This document shows positions 38,506 through 51,483 of a DNA stretch of 64,000 nt, in pieces (the first letter of the stretch is position 1; each line of letters starts with the position of its first letter). This DNA is from Octopus sinensis (lineage: Eukaryota). Where the stretch lies: contig NC_043004.1 in the NCBI RefSeq assembly GCF_006345805.1, positions 76,198,001 to 76,262,000 on the forward strand, given 5' to 3'. The position numbers and the translations under genes were made by a program. The notes under the pieces were generated by a model. The model worked only from the letters and a program-made list of their open reading frames with translations, was not told the origin of the DNA and did no database searches.

Positions 38506-40056
38506 AGTAGGGGAAGCAGGTAAGTCGATTACATAGACCCCAGTACTTGACTGGTACTTAATTTGATTTAATAATAATAATAATAATAATAATAATCCTT
38601 TCTACTATAGCTGCAAGGCTATAGTTGGGGGGAGGGATTCTGCCTACTCGCTGCCTTAAATGAGAAAGAACGGAATAGAACCCAGGATATCGCAATTGCT
38701 AAGCACTCTGCCAAGCGGCGTTATGTCCGAAGTAAATATACAATTCTTATGGAGTGAAGCAAAGCAACAGAGACCGGCTGGGTTAGAATTAGCCTATCGT
38801 AGAGAGCGTCAGGGACAAGATTAGCTTATGAGAAACCAGCTACAGGATCCGGGGTGATTCTATTTTGGGGATATTTTTTGTGGGAGGAGTGGGAAAAGGA
38901 AAAGTGCGTCTTATATGCCATCAAGTACGACAAATTTAATATTCGTCTGAGCCAATGCGAGAAAGGATGAGACCTCAACCTCTTAGGAACTGCATTCGAA
39001 TCCCTCGTATACAAACCGTATGTATACGGAGAATTATTGAATAATAATGAACCTAAATTACACGTATGTCAGAGAAGGTGGCGGGTAAGTCACGGCCGGA
39101 ACGCCTTCGATCATGGGTATAACCTGACATCGATACTCCATCATCTTCTGTTCACTTATTTCCATTTAACATACATTTTACTCAGTTCCTGTATTGATTA
39201 ATATTCGATACATTGATTAATATTGATCAATATTCGATGCATTCACACGTCTCCTTCGTTCTGTTTACTTCACCTATTTTCTTTATTATTTTTACACCCC
39301 ACCTCTCTCTACTTTCCCCCCTAATTTCTCCTTATATTGCATTTACACATTGTATCGCTTTCTCTTTTCCCCTTCATTTAATCCTTACTCTGGGTGTGCT
39401 TTCAAGTGGAGGTCGGTTAATTATAAATAATGACATTATCCGCTGTTTTATGACTAATTAGAAGCGAGATATTGTTTTCATGTATTCGTACTTTTGTAAG
39501 CCCTTTCTTTGTCATTACATAGATTATTCCATCACATTTCACCGCCTAGAAAAGAATCGGGGCTCGTGGAAGTAACAATGGAAGTCACAGTTCTCGACTT
39601 CGGGAATTCATTAAAGGTCAAGATTATTTTATTATTTCCTACTTCTCTTCAAAACAAAATGTCAGTTGTAGAGTAGTTGTAGAGTTGTATATGAATGATG
39701 AAGGGAAGAAGGGAAAGAGAGAGAGAAAAAGCGGAGAACGTTATGCCTAAGTTCCAAAGGATCTTAACCCTTTCGTCTCTGCTGTGACCTGAAGCAGCGC
39801 AATAAAGTTATTCATGCGGACGACTATCGACGAAGTAAGTATTTCGTAGGATATTTTAATGCGATTTCCTCATTGAATATTTGTGCTCAATTGGGTCAAC
39901 GACTAATACAGTACATTTCCGAGGGAGAAAGATACGGAGAGTGTTTGTGTTCGCAACGTTTGAAAGCTTGTATTCCTACATACTTCTAGGACAGAAGGCA
40001 CAAACACACACACAAACCCTTTTCTCTCTATCTCACACAAACACACACACACACAC

Positions 40057-40127
<71 letters not shown>

Positions 40128-41014
40128 ACAAACATGCACGTATGCGCAGAAGTGTACACATACACATTGAAAAATTGAACACGACTGACACAAACACTTT
40201 CCATGATCACACACGTAAACATAGGGAGAGAGAAAGAGAAAGAGAGAAGGAAAGGAGAGAACAAGAAAACATTTAAACATCTGATGTCAAATAAGTCAGC
40301 ATCGAATCAGCGACGCCAAATAGGCAGCGACAAAACGGTGGTGGCAGAGCGTCTCATACACCTGGTATCCAGCGTCTAAATGATGTGCAGAAGCGGTGAA
40401 GCACAAGTTGTTATACAACAAGATCTTTTACATTGAGGTAGAAGCATGTTTTCATATCCATGAGCAAATAGCAGATCTTAAACAATTAAACTATAAATAT
40501 TTCCCTAAGACTAAAGATATGTATACATCTAAGTCATACACAAATAACAAGAAAATTAGATTTGCGATTCGCCAGGTTAAAATGTTTTGCCATCTTTGTC
40601 CGCATGAAAGACAAACTCGGTAGGTCTATTGTACTCTGTTAACTACACGAATACAAACCTTTTAGTCGAGATCTGACAACCCACTGAGAGTTTACCGAGC
40701 ACTTAAAACAAACGTGTTATTCGGCGGCAGTTTTGATAGAAAAGTCCAGAAATATTCCTTATTTCATTTCAATTCCCTCTAGCCGTTGTCGTAAAACCCC
40801 AATTTTGGTAACAATGCATGCATACATACATACATACATATAAATGAATACATTAACACACACACACACATGTACATACATATATAAATATGTATGTATG
40901 GCACGAAATTGTAATGATTTCTGGTCGACAACTGATGAGGAATGATTGTGTCCACGTCTTTTGTGTTTGGCTGTCATCTGTTCCTTGTCGAATTTCTTTG
41001 CAACTTTTTATTTG

Positions 41015-41063
<49 letters not shown>

Positions 41064-41456
41064 ATACACACACACACACACACACACACACCACACACAA
41101 CACACACACACACACATACATACATACATACATACATACATACATACATACATACATACACCTAATGCTTTGACATAGTTTAGTTACAACTGTGTTACAC
41201 GTCACATAGCTGTGTTAGATATTGCACTTCAAATACAAACGCCAGGCAATTAACAGCTGTAATTACAGCCTGCAAAGCTTCTAAATTACCTCACAACACT
41301 GAAATGGTCTTTTCGTATAATTAAAGAATTTGTAGAAACTAATTCCTCCCCAACTCTTTTTCTCACCCCAGCCCCCACCTCTCGCCACCACAATTTGCTC
41401 ACTTTTCATATTTACCTCAACACATTTTGTTTTTCCTCTTCTCTTTTCATTACGTT

Positions 41457-41494
<38 letters not shown>

Positions 41495-41634
41495 TTCCTT
41501 CCTTCCTTCCTTTCTCCCTTCCTCCCTACTTGTCTAATTCTTTATCTGATTCTTGTTCTAAGTCTGCCTCCTTCCTAGTTTCTTTTATCTTGTTCTCATT
41601 ACTTTTGATAATTATTTTCTTTCCCATTTCGCTC

Positions 41635-41678
<44 letters not shown>

Positions 41679-42006
41679 CTCCCTGCTTTCCTCTCTTCCA
41701 CTTTGTACGTATATATATATATATATTTACATACATACATTCATATATTCACATATATATGTGTGTGTGTATGTGTGTATGTGTGTGTGTATACAAACAT
41801 TAATATACATACATTCATATATTAATATATATGTTTATATATATATGTGTATATATTATTTTATTCTTTTATATGTTTCAACCTATGTATATATATTCAT
41901 ATATATATACATGTGTGTATATAATATATATGTGCGTATGTGCGTGTGCATGTATATATATCTATCTACTTATATATACACATACATACATACATACATT
42001 CATCTT

Positions 42007-42038
<32 letters not shown>

Positions 42039-42136
42039 TGTATGTATATGCGTGTGTGTGCATATATCTATATCTATTTCTATATCTATATCTATATCTA
42101 TATCTATTTCTATATCTATATCTATATCTATATCTA

Positions 42137-42232
<96 letters not shown>

Positions 42233-43032
42233 CATCCATCCATCCATCCATCCATCCATCCATCCATCCATCCATCCATCTATAATATTAATACATCCGC
42301 CAATTTTTTCTCTGAATTTTTAATCTAACTTTCTCTGTTATTCTCTTCGTTTTTTCCTTTACCAATGTCCACCTTCCTTTTCATCTCCCCCTTTTAATAT
42401 ACTTCTCACGCACTCTCTATCTCTCTCCCTTATTCTTTGTCTCTCCCTTTCATCCCTCCCCCGGTTCGTCCCTCCTTCAATTCTATTTATATTTACTTTT
42501 GCTCCATTTTGCTTCGTGCCTTTTTCCACAAAATTGCCTACAGTGTACCGGTGACCGATTCAAATTTAACTCGACGCTTAAAACCAGACGATAGAAATAA
42601 AACGATGTGATGACGTAACACCAACAACAACACGATGTATCACTACTTAAGGCTGTGAATTACTCATTTCCTCTGCTGTAGTTTGCAATTTCTGCTATCA
42701 TGCAGCATATAAGCAGACCCTATAAAGACAGACGCCATGCAAAGTTTTTACAAAATGCTGTTCAGAAGCTTTGTAAATAAAAAGTGATGTTTATATAAGA
42801 GTTCCTTTTTTAATATGGGTTCCATACAGGGGGATAATGTACGTGGTCTTTCTTTGTATCTTCTTTGTCTGATAGAAAGAGAAAGCCAAGTGTGTTCAGT
42901 GGGTGTTTTGAAACACTGGCCTACAGAGGTTTTGTAGAACTGTGTTGTACTTCTATAATTACACCACATTCAAGTACACATCTGTGTTTTCAAGATATAT
43001 GCTATTCCTCTGTTATCAGTCTATTTTTATGC

Positions 43033-43143
<111 letters not shown>

Positions 43144-43485
43144 GCTGTTTGTCTTTTTCTTTCTTTCTTTCTTCCTTTCTCAAATCATACATATATACTT
43201 AAATATGTGATCGCCTAACACACACATACTCACAAAACACACGCACATACCTACATAAACATGTATATATGTGTGTGTGGGTGTATGTATATAAATATAG
43301 TATATATAAATATATGTATGTATACCCATCTCTCTATATATATATGTGTGTGTGTGTGTATATATCCATCCATCCATCCAAACACCCAACCACCCACCCG
43401 CCCACCCACCTACCTACCTACCTACCTACCTACCTACCTACCTACCTACCTACCTACCTACCTCCTACTTATCTATCTATCTGTC

Positions 43486-43517
<32 letters not shown>

Positions 43518-44189
43518 TTGTCTATCTATCTGTCTGTCTATTTCTGTTATATTCGTTGCATTCACCGTGTGTATTTCAATAGTGAGAAATTTGTGGTTTT
43601 GGAGTGTTAGCTCCTATTTCTAGCAACTGGTATTCTGATACCGTGCTTTATTTACACACACATATGTGTGTGCGTGTGTGTTTATATATAAGCACACACA
43701 TGGGAGCGTATATATAACGATACGTACATACATGTATATATACATACATATACACATACATACAGTCAGACAGACATTATTCAGGGAAGCGATGATGGAT
43801 ATCAAAGACTACCCTCGTGCAATGCCGTCATCAAAATGTTTCATTCTTGCTGATTCAGTCCAAATAAAACAGCTACATCCAGCTAATCTTGTGCTCCATC
43901 TAGATTCGGTGCAGCAAGCTTAAACTGTACACATATCTTAGTAGGTATATACATGAGTAAAAATTCTTCGGGACTGACATACCGTTAAAAAAGATTATCT
44001 CCCCTTCTCATTGGAGTTGGTTGCAGTTACCACGACGTCTTTATTTCTTATGTTCTCGAAGAGAAAATACATTTCATAAGCCAAGGATTTATTTTGAGTG
44101 GTTTTTGATAACATTATCTATCTTTAAGGCGAAGAAGGTCGCTTTGCTACCACGTGATTTCCGGTTTCAGTCCTTCTGGTTGGCACTTT

Positions 44190-45130
44190 AGGAAGTATTT
44201 TCTGCTGTAATCCCAGGCTGGCTTCCACCATATTGTGGGTTCTTATTTCTTTTATCCTCTGTATTATCCTTCCGACGGATTTCATTATAGAGCTTCCTAG
44301 CTAAATCATGTCTCATCGGTTGATAAAACCGGGATGATATTTTCGGACAACTGCTTATGATGTGGGTGACATCTTCAGTGTGAACTCCACAAAGTCTGCA
44401 TCGGTTGTCACACTTCATGGCTTAACTTGCATCTCTATCCCTTTTGTGCATCAGGTACTTGATTGATATTTCCTGTTCCTGGAATGCAAACACATACCCT
44501 TCAAAGTGGGAGGTAGTAATTCAGCTATTCGTCCATGATAAACTGCTTTGATGATCGATGTTTCTATCATCTTGGAGCTTTCTACTAACATTTCCATACG
44601 TAGTCTTCGGCTCATATAGGTTCATCCTTTCATCTGATGATACGTTGTGGTAGAGTCGTGTGACTTCTTTGGGCATGTATTTTAGGTTATCAGACAAAGA
44701 ATGTTGCTCAAGGAGCTGTCTTCCAAGTCTTATGATGTTATCAGCCCCATGTGTGCAAACATAGTCAAGGGATGCACTTCGACACTTGGTGATTAAAAGA
44801 TGTTGCCGAAGGGATATGATGCGACATTCAAAGACATTTTGGATCGATGTTAAATCTTTGCCGCCTTGTTTTCGTTTTAGGTCGATGCGGTCTGCGTCAC
44901 TGTTTATGTGGAAATTATGTGTGTTTGTTAATATTTTTAGGGTTTTCACATCAATGGCTTGGATCTCATCAAGCGTCCAATCAAGTAGCCCAAATGAGTA
45001 TTGGCACTGCAAACACATTGTGGGCCACTGTTTTATTGAATGTAGAGTGTTCTGAGGTCCAAATTTTCTTTATTCGGTTTTAATATTCTTTAGTGACACG
45101 TGTTTTATTACAGGTGCCATTGTAAGATAT
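44190..45130 (-). pseudogene. R4/Dong-like retrotransposon fragment (post-RT region and zinc knuckle)
   Basis: YSFGLLDWT...RKQGG...FEGYVFAFQEQEI...CRLCG..TEDVTHIISSCP...RHD. Stops present. More divergent than the other two copies. Confidence 0.75.
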
Positions 45131-45136
45131 ATTTTC

Positions 45137-45167
<31 letters not shown>

Positions 45168-45957
45168 TGTATGTATGTATGTATGGTATGTATGTATGTA
45201 TATATGTATGTATGTATGTGTGTATGTATGTATGTCTTTGTGCCTTCGTTTGTCTCCCATCACTGATTGATAATCAGTGTTGAGCTGTTTATACCTTCGT
45301 AACTTAGCGGTTCGGCAAACTATCCGAGAGAATAAGTACCAGACTTGAAACATAAATACTTGGGTCAATTTGTTCGACCTGGTCCTTCAGGCCGGTGCTC
45401 CAGCATGGCCGCGGTCCAACGACTGCAACAAGTAAAAGATAAACGAGTAAAGACAACCCATTGGGTATACATACATAAAAACATACATACATACATACCC
45501 GTGTGTGTGTGTGTATGTGTTTGTGTGCGTGTGTTTGTGTGTATGTGTGTGTGTGTGTGTCCAAGTACGACACGAACCGTTTTTTTTTTTTTGTAATATT
45601 TCCAACACTAAAGAATTTCCATTGTCTGAAGGGACAAAAAGTTCTTTTGCAGATTCTGCAACAATGCCGGTCACATGCCTTTTTATATGTGTAGGTCTGC
45701 TGACAGTAGTAAACTATATATAATTTTGCTTAATAAAAGGGATTTAAAAATAAAGATTAATAACAATGAACCACGCGGTTTAGGCGTAAATCCTCAAACG
45801 CAATTTTTGAATTTTATATATATGTCTGTATATATATTTTATATTTTGTATATTATATTAATTATATTTGCTTTTTGTTTTTTATGTTTTGGTTTATGGC
45901 TATCACTGTTTGAGTTGCCTAATAGTGGTTTTATCTCCAATTTAATTTATATGTATG

Positions 45958-45990
<33 letters not shown>

Positions 45991-46003
45991 ATATGTATGT
46001 ACT

Positions 46004-46038
<35 letters not shown>

Positions 46039-46716
46039 AACTAGCAGAGGTACCCGGAGTTGTTCGGTGCAACTCTCGATGAAATAGTCGTTCAAATGAA
46101 CCGAAAGACTTCCGTCAAATACGACAATAGAAGTAGCAATTTACAAGTGTTGACCATAAGCAGGGCCTTTGAACCTTCACCATGGAATATCTCTGCGGCG
46201 TTGCTGCCAGCAAAGATGAATCCGATGGTAACAATTTAAACTTGGTAGCCCTGAAGAGGGCTTTGAATCGTTCACTCTTATAAGTCCCAGCGGCAAAGCT
46301 ATCAGTAAAGACGACTCCGATTAGATGCGGTGGCCCTTAAGAAGTTCTTCACATCTCTTTGATACGTCGCATTTGGTTTGCTTGTTGTTTAAAATTGCAA
46401 TCTAGAAAAGCATGTAAAAGTCGGTGGCCACAAAAGCGGCCTTGGCAAGATCACGCTGGAATGTCAAAACGATATGTAAATAAGATGTAGGGAAAAGTAG
46501 ATTAATTAAGTTAAAACTACGGAACATCGATAGCAAAGCGTGATAGCAACATATAAATGCGAAAAACGGAGACAGTGAACATTTATAACGTATAGCAAAA
46601 GCAACCTCAGAGGTGTACGTGGTATTGTCAAAAGGACAAAAATAGCTCACGGATACAGCAAATGTAAGCACTTATGCAAAAAGAAAACAGCGATTACTTT
46701 TTGGCGGATAGGGCGC

Positions 46717-47156
46717 CTACAAAACTTCCTTATAAATAACATTTTGGGTTTTCTCGCGAGTTGCAAAAGCAAATAGGTTTTGTCGGTTCCCCACTCGAGA
46801 GCAGCCAGCATATAGTTGATTATGGGAGAAGCATGGTTCTTCTAAATTAAGCTCTATGACCGTAAGCGTCTGACCCTGTGATTTGTTAATCGACATGGCG
46901 AAACTGAGCCGGAGCGGTAATTGCATCCTTCTGAATGTGAAAGGAATGTCTTTACAGGATGGAATGAGAGGTATCCTTGGTATGAAGACAGTATCCCCCT
47001 TACCATATCCTGTAAGTATTGTTGCTTCAGTAGCATGAGGCATCGCCTTTTGGACGACCAGACGCTTTCCAAATTCCTGAGGAGCAATAAGTGCGGCGGC
47101 AATCCAGGAGGGTCCAGGGAGTTAAGACATTCTGTGGGGTAATTAACAATCCACAT
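46717..47156 (-). pseudogene. Helitron RepHel Pif1-helicase C-terminal fragment
   Basis: NYPTECLNSLDPPGLPPH then (frameshift) EATILTG..KGDTVFIPRIP...LRLSFAMSINKSQGQTL...CFSHNQLYAGCSRVG. Confidence 0.9.
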
Positions 47157-47463
47157 ACAGTAGGTGTTTAGATTAACAACTGGGTTAAATTGCGCTTCCT
47201 TGGTTAGGAGTGTGAAATGATGCCAAAGTTCAAGGAAAAAACAAATTTAACTCCCCACTTCACACTTAATTGTGGTGCAATTACACAGGGGAGACAACCG
47301 GATGCAAAATTAAATTCAATCATTCTAAAGTTAACTAAGCCAGCAAAAGTTTAGTCGTGGTGGGGATTTAAAATTTCGCTCCTCCATTTGTAGGACATGA
47401 GAAACCGATGCATCAACTTTCGTTTAAATTGTTTGTTATTTCCAGAAGTTAAAATGCTTTGCT

Positions 47464-47699
47464 GTAAGGCGGGGAGCTGGCAGAACCGTTAGCATGCCGG
47501 GCGAAATGCGTAGCCGTATTTCGTCTGCCGTTACGTTCTGAGCTCAAATTCCGCCGAGGTCGACTTTGCTTTTCATCCTTTCGGGGTCGATAAATTAAGT
47601 ACCAGTTACGCACTGGGATCAATATAATCGACTTAATCCGTTTGTCTGTCCTTGTTTGTCCCCTCTATGTTTAACCTCTTGTGGGTAATAAAGAAACAC
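47464..47699 (+). mobile_element. SINE family B nested in the Helitron
   Basis: 15-bp TSD ttaaaatgctttgct at 47449-47463 and 47700-47714. Confidence 0.9.
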
Positions 47700-48378
47700 T
47701 TAAAATGCTTTGCTACGACCATAATATGAACTTTAAAAGTGGTCCAAAGGGGCTCGCTGCCCTCCCAAGGGTGTTCCCTTGCAGAATTCAAGTGATAACG
47801 AATGTGTGGTACTTTATCTTATGACAGACAGCCAATAACCATGATAAACTCGTGAGGTATTGATGGTGTTTTATTGTGGCAGTTTAAACTTATACGGGTT
47901 AATGATTTAGGCTCAATGGCCTCAAGGGCGTCTTCTTGCTGGATTGAAATGGAAGTAAATGTGCCTCACTGTAACTTCATCTGTAGTAAATGAATAACAA
48001 CTGAATCGAAATTCATTTTATGGGACTACCAATTATCGAAGCTATGACCATTAGTAGCCAAATTCATAAATGACTCGCCGTTGCTTACTGCTCCCCTGGG
48101 AGTCCCCTTGCTTGTTCTGGGTATAGACAGTGTCTTCAACATCATCTTTAGGCAATGGGTAACCAATGTGTCCCGTAAAGTTAAAATCGAACGTAAACTT
48201 CAAAAGTTATCATGTACTAATACAACGCTAATGTGAACTTCAACAGATAAGTCGAAGTTCACAGACAGACAGACATATTTCGTATTATATGATTGATTGA
48301 TTGATTGATTCTAGTTTCAGCTTATGAGCTGTGGCCATGCTGGGGCACCGCCATTTGGTGTTGCTACTTGGTTTCACT

Positions 48379-51300
48379 TCATGGAGGCTTTCTAGCAACT
48401 GCTATTTGGTGCATGAGAGAGTTCGATGCAGCTGCCCTCATCTGCCCCTCCTGCCGTGAAGTTGGTTCATCTGGGACACCTGACAGGAAGAGATCCAGCT
48501 CCATTTTAAAGACATCTGTATCCACCCCATGCAGGTCTCTCAGGTTCTTCGGGAGGATATTGAAGAGCTGTGGGCCTCGGAAGCCCAGGCTATCACAGAA
48601 TCTTGTCCTACATCTTGATGGCAAGTTTGGAGTCCTAGGCACCACGCAGTGGCGCCCAGTTCTGGCATTTGCGTAACTCTCGATGCCAAAGTTCAGGACA
48701 CTTCCCTCCAGGATCTTCCAGATGTATATTATGGCATATCTTTCCCGCCTACGCTCCAGGGAATATAATTTTAATCTCTTGAGTCTTTCCCAGTAGCTTA
48801 CATTCTGCATAGAGGCTATCTTCTTCGTGTAGCTTCGTTGGATCGCCTCATGTTCTGTGATCAACTTGACACTGGATGGTGACCATAGCTGAGAGCAATA
48901 GTCAAAGTGGCTTAGGACAAGTGTCTTCCAGAGGACCATCATGGTTTCTTGTTCTCTTGTTCTAAAGGTTCTAAGAATCCATCCAGCCAGCCGTCTGCAT
49001 TTCATTGTCAGTTTAGCAACATGTACATGAAAGGTCGCGTCATCACTCATGTGAATACCCAGGTCACGCACTGATTGTGCCTCTGGGATTGCAATCCCTC
49101 CGGGTCCAGTGTATTCATTGGGTATTGCATTCAGTTTTGCATGCTGATAGTATAAAGCTTGAAACTTTTCAGCATTGAACTGCATGCTATTCTTTTCAGC
49201 CCACTTGTATATTTCGTCCAGCTCATATTGCAGGTGCCTAGTGTCTTCAGGGTTCTGTATTGCCTGTGAAACTTTTGTATCATCTGCATAACTTGTGATC
49301 GTGGCTCTCCGCGTGGCTGAGGGCATGTCTGAGAGGGCCATTATGAACAGTAGTGGTCCCAAAACAGTGCCCTGTGGAACACCGCTCACTATTTGCGTGC
49401 TAATGGAAGTGGCCCCATTGGCTACTACCACCTGACTTCTATTCTTCAGAAAGTCGTGAAGCCATTCTCCTAGTTTTCCAACTATGCCAAGATCACGCAG
49501 TTTGTGACATATCATTCCATGATCGACTTTATCGAAGGCCTTTGCGAAGTCGAGATATATGACTTCCACATTTGAGTGGTTGAGCAGTTGTTTCAGCACC
49601 CAGTCATAGTGCTGCAGGAGCTGAGTTAAGCAGCTTCTTCCTGGTCGGAAACCATGTTGGGTGTCAGGCAGCAAGTCATTTTCTTCAAGGAAGGTGATTA
49701 GTTTCCTTCTGACTATTCGTTCCATGACCTTGCTGATGTGTGAGGTCAGAGAGATAGGTCTGTAGTTCTTGGCCTCCGCTCTGCTACCTCCTTTATGAAT
49801 AGGGCATATTTTACCTTCCTTCAGTTTTCTTGGAAGTTTGCCAGCTGCAAGGAAGCTCTGAAAGAGGAACTGCAGTGGTCTTGTTAAGACTCTCTTACAT
49901 ACTTTTAGGAGGATTGCCGGGAATCCATCGGGGCCAATAGCTGAGTCTATTTTCATTTCATCTATAGCCTTTATTACATCGTCTTCCTTTATATCGATGT
50001 AATTTATCGTCGCCGCCTCTGATTCTATATCTGCAGTGGTAAAGAAGTCAGTTGGATTGCTGATTTGGAAATGCCCAAGGGGTGGAGTGAAAACACTCTT
50101 GAATTGTTCATTCAGTATTTCACTTACCCTCATTGGTTTTCCTGTGAGTGTGCCATCCTTTTCAAGGAGTGGCCCTATCCTACAGTGCACCGTAGCTGTT
50201 TCTTTGGCATACCTGTAGAAAGCTCTGGGGTTAGTTTTTATGTTGTCTATAGCCCAGGCTTCTTTGTCTGCTCTTTCCTTCTCATGGGAGAGTTGCAGAC
50301 AATTTTCAATTTCCAACAGTTTTATTTTCAGGCGGGACTTTTCACTGCTTTCAATTTGTTTGTTTAGGCGATTTGAAATTTTTGTACGCCGTCTCATTAA
50401 AATTTTCCTCTCTCTGGGGATTTTGTTCTTGTGTACAGTGGCCTTTCTCTCTGGGACACATTTGTAGCATATGGCTTGCATTACAGACATGAATTGTTGA
50501 AGTATCATGTCGATGTCCGGCGAGGAGAGACATTCAGGCCAGTTTTGTTTGAGGATCTCTTTCTCAATTTGTTTCCAGTTTGCCTTATTGAAGTTCAAGC
50601 TGGAAAGATTCTGAGGGTTTCTTGTAGGCTGCATGTCCGTGCTCTCTTTTGGCCCGTACATGGTCAGCTCTACCATGTTGTGATCCGAGAGTAGTGTCGG
50701 TGTCACTTTCACATTATGGATGAGATCCATATTATTTGTGAAGCAGAGATCCAGTGTGTTACCTGCTCTGGTTGGTTGGAGTATTACTTGCTCCATGTAC
50801 AGGGTGTTGGTGAGGTTCAGGAGGGACCTCGCCTGTCCTCGTTCACATCTTGTCATTCCTGGGAGAGAAAGGCCCTCGGGCCATCTGACATTCGGTAGAT
50901 TGAAGTCTCCCATGAGAAGTACACTTATGTGTTGTTCTAATGTGGTTAGAACTTCTTCTATTTTTAAAAGGCAGTCCTCAAACTTGCCCATATGACTTGG
51001 GGCATCTGGAGGGCGATATGTAGCACACACAACTACATCAAGTTGCCTTATGTGTACAATTAGTGTGTCACATACCGAGTTTGAGTATGACAAAAGGACC
51101 TGGGGTGTGAGGTCCCCACGGATGTACATAGCAACTCCTCCATGACTCCTTTCTTTCCTGTCGGTCCGTAGTACAACATACTGTGGTATGTGTAATTCCG
51201 CATCTGCTATGTCCGGTTTCAGATGCGTTTCTGTGAGTGCTATGCATAAGGCTTGATTGCATGCGACAAAGTCTCTCAGGAACGGGACTTTTGTCCTGTT

Positions 51301-51483
51301 ACTGTGTGTTAGTAGTCCTCTGATGTTCAGTAGGAGCATCGAGGTGAGGTGTATGCTGTTGCCGGCGCTGTCCACCCTGGGTCCATCTGCTGTGGCGGTC
51401 TTGTGAACCGTGGGCAGTTCCATCTGCGAGCCTGAGCCTGATGGAGCCAGGTTAGCTGCTGTACAATCTTTTGTGCCATGCAC
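48379..51483 (-). CDS. LINE ORF2: AP-like endonuclease plus reverse transcriptase (CR1 clade)
   Basis: Uninterrupted 1034-codon frame: NIRGL, LTETHL, GGVAMY, YRPP, GDFNLP, TLDL, SDHN, YRPISLTS, QHGFR, DFAKAFD, GVPQGTVLGPLLF, YADD, RDLGI, YWERLK. First ATG at 51423, second at 51339. Confidence 0.95.
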   Translation of the reverse strand: MHGTKDCTAANLAPSGSGSQMELPTVHKTATADGPRVDSAGNSIHLTSMLLLNIRGLLTHSNRTKVPFLRDFVACNQALCIALTETHLKPDIADAELHIPQYVVLRTDRKERSHGGVAMYIRGDLTPQVLLSYSNSVCDTLIVHIRQLDVVVCATYRPPDAPSHMGKFEDCLLKIEEVLTTLEQHISVLLMGDFNLPNVRWPEGLSLPGMTRCERGQARSLLNLTNTLYMEQVILQPTRAGNTLDLCFTNNMDLIHNVKVTPTLLSDHNMVELTMYGPKESTDMQPTRNPQNLSSLNFNKANWKQIEKEILKQNWPECLSSPDIDMILQQFMSVMQAICYKCVPERKATVHKNKIPRERKILMRRRTKISNRLNKQIESSEKSRLKIKLLEIENCLQLSHEKERADKEAWAIDNIKTNPRAFYRYAKETATVHCRIGPLLEKDGTLTGKPMRVSEILNEQFKSVFTPPLGHFQISNPTDFFTTADIESEAATINYIDIKEDDVIKAIDEMKIDSAIGPDGFPAILLKVCKRVLTRPLQFLFQSFLAAGKLPRKLKEGKICPIHKGGSRAEAKNYRPISLTSHISKVMERIVRRKLITFLEENDLLPDTQHGFRPGRSCLTQLLQHYDWVLKQLLNHSNVEVIYLDFAKAFDKVDHGMICHKLRDLGIVGKLGEWLHDFLKNRSQVVVANGATSISTQIVSGVPQGTVLGPLLFIMALSDMPSATRRATITSYADDTKVSQAIQNPEDTRHLQYELDEIYKWAEKNSMQFNAEKFQALYYQHAKLNAIPNEYTGPGGIAIPEAQSVRDLGIHMSDDATFHVHVAKLTMKCRRLAGWILRTFRTREQETMMVLWKTLVLSHFDYCSQLWSPSSVKLITEHEAIQRSYTKKIASMQNVSYWERLKRLKLYSLERRRERYAIIYIWKILEGSVLNFGIESYANARTGRHCVVPRTPNLPSRCRTRFCDSLGFRGPQLFNILPKNLRDLHGVDTDVFKMELDLFLSGVPDEPTSRQEGQMRAAASNSLMHQIAVARKPP

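Larger units (their letters stand above)
46041..48290 (-). mobile_element. Non-autonomous (internally deleted) Helitron
   Basis: 3' CTAG at 46041-46044 followed by T. 5' end atataatacgaaatatgtctgtctgtctg near 48290. Contains a Pif1 helicase C-terminus. Confidence 0.7.

Noticed and set aside
40310-40370. Possible Mutator-like terminal sequence
   Set aside because: Only one short end, with no partner TIR or TSD found.
40928-40963. CTGATGA-GGA...TCC-ACGTC as a functional hammerhead
   Set aside because: It lacks GAA of the GAAA core. Kept only as a possible decayed relative.
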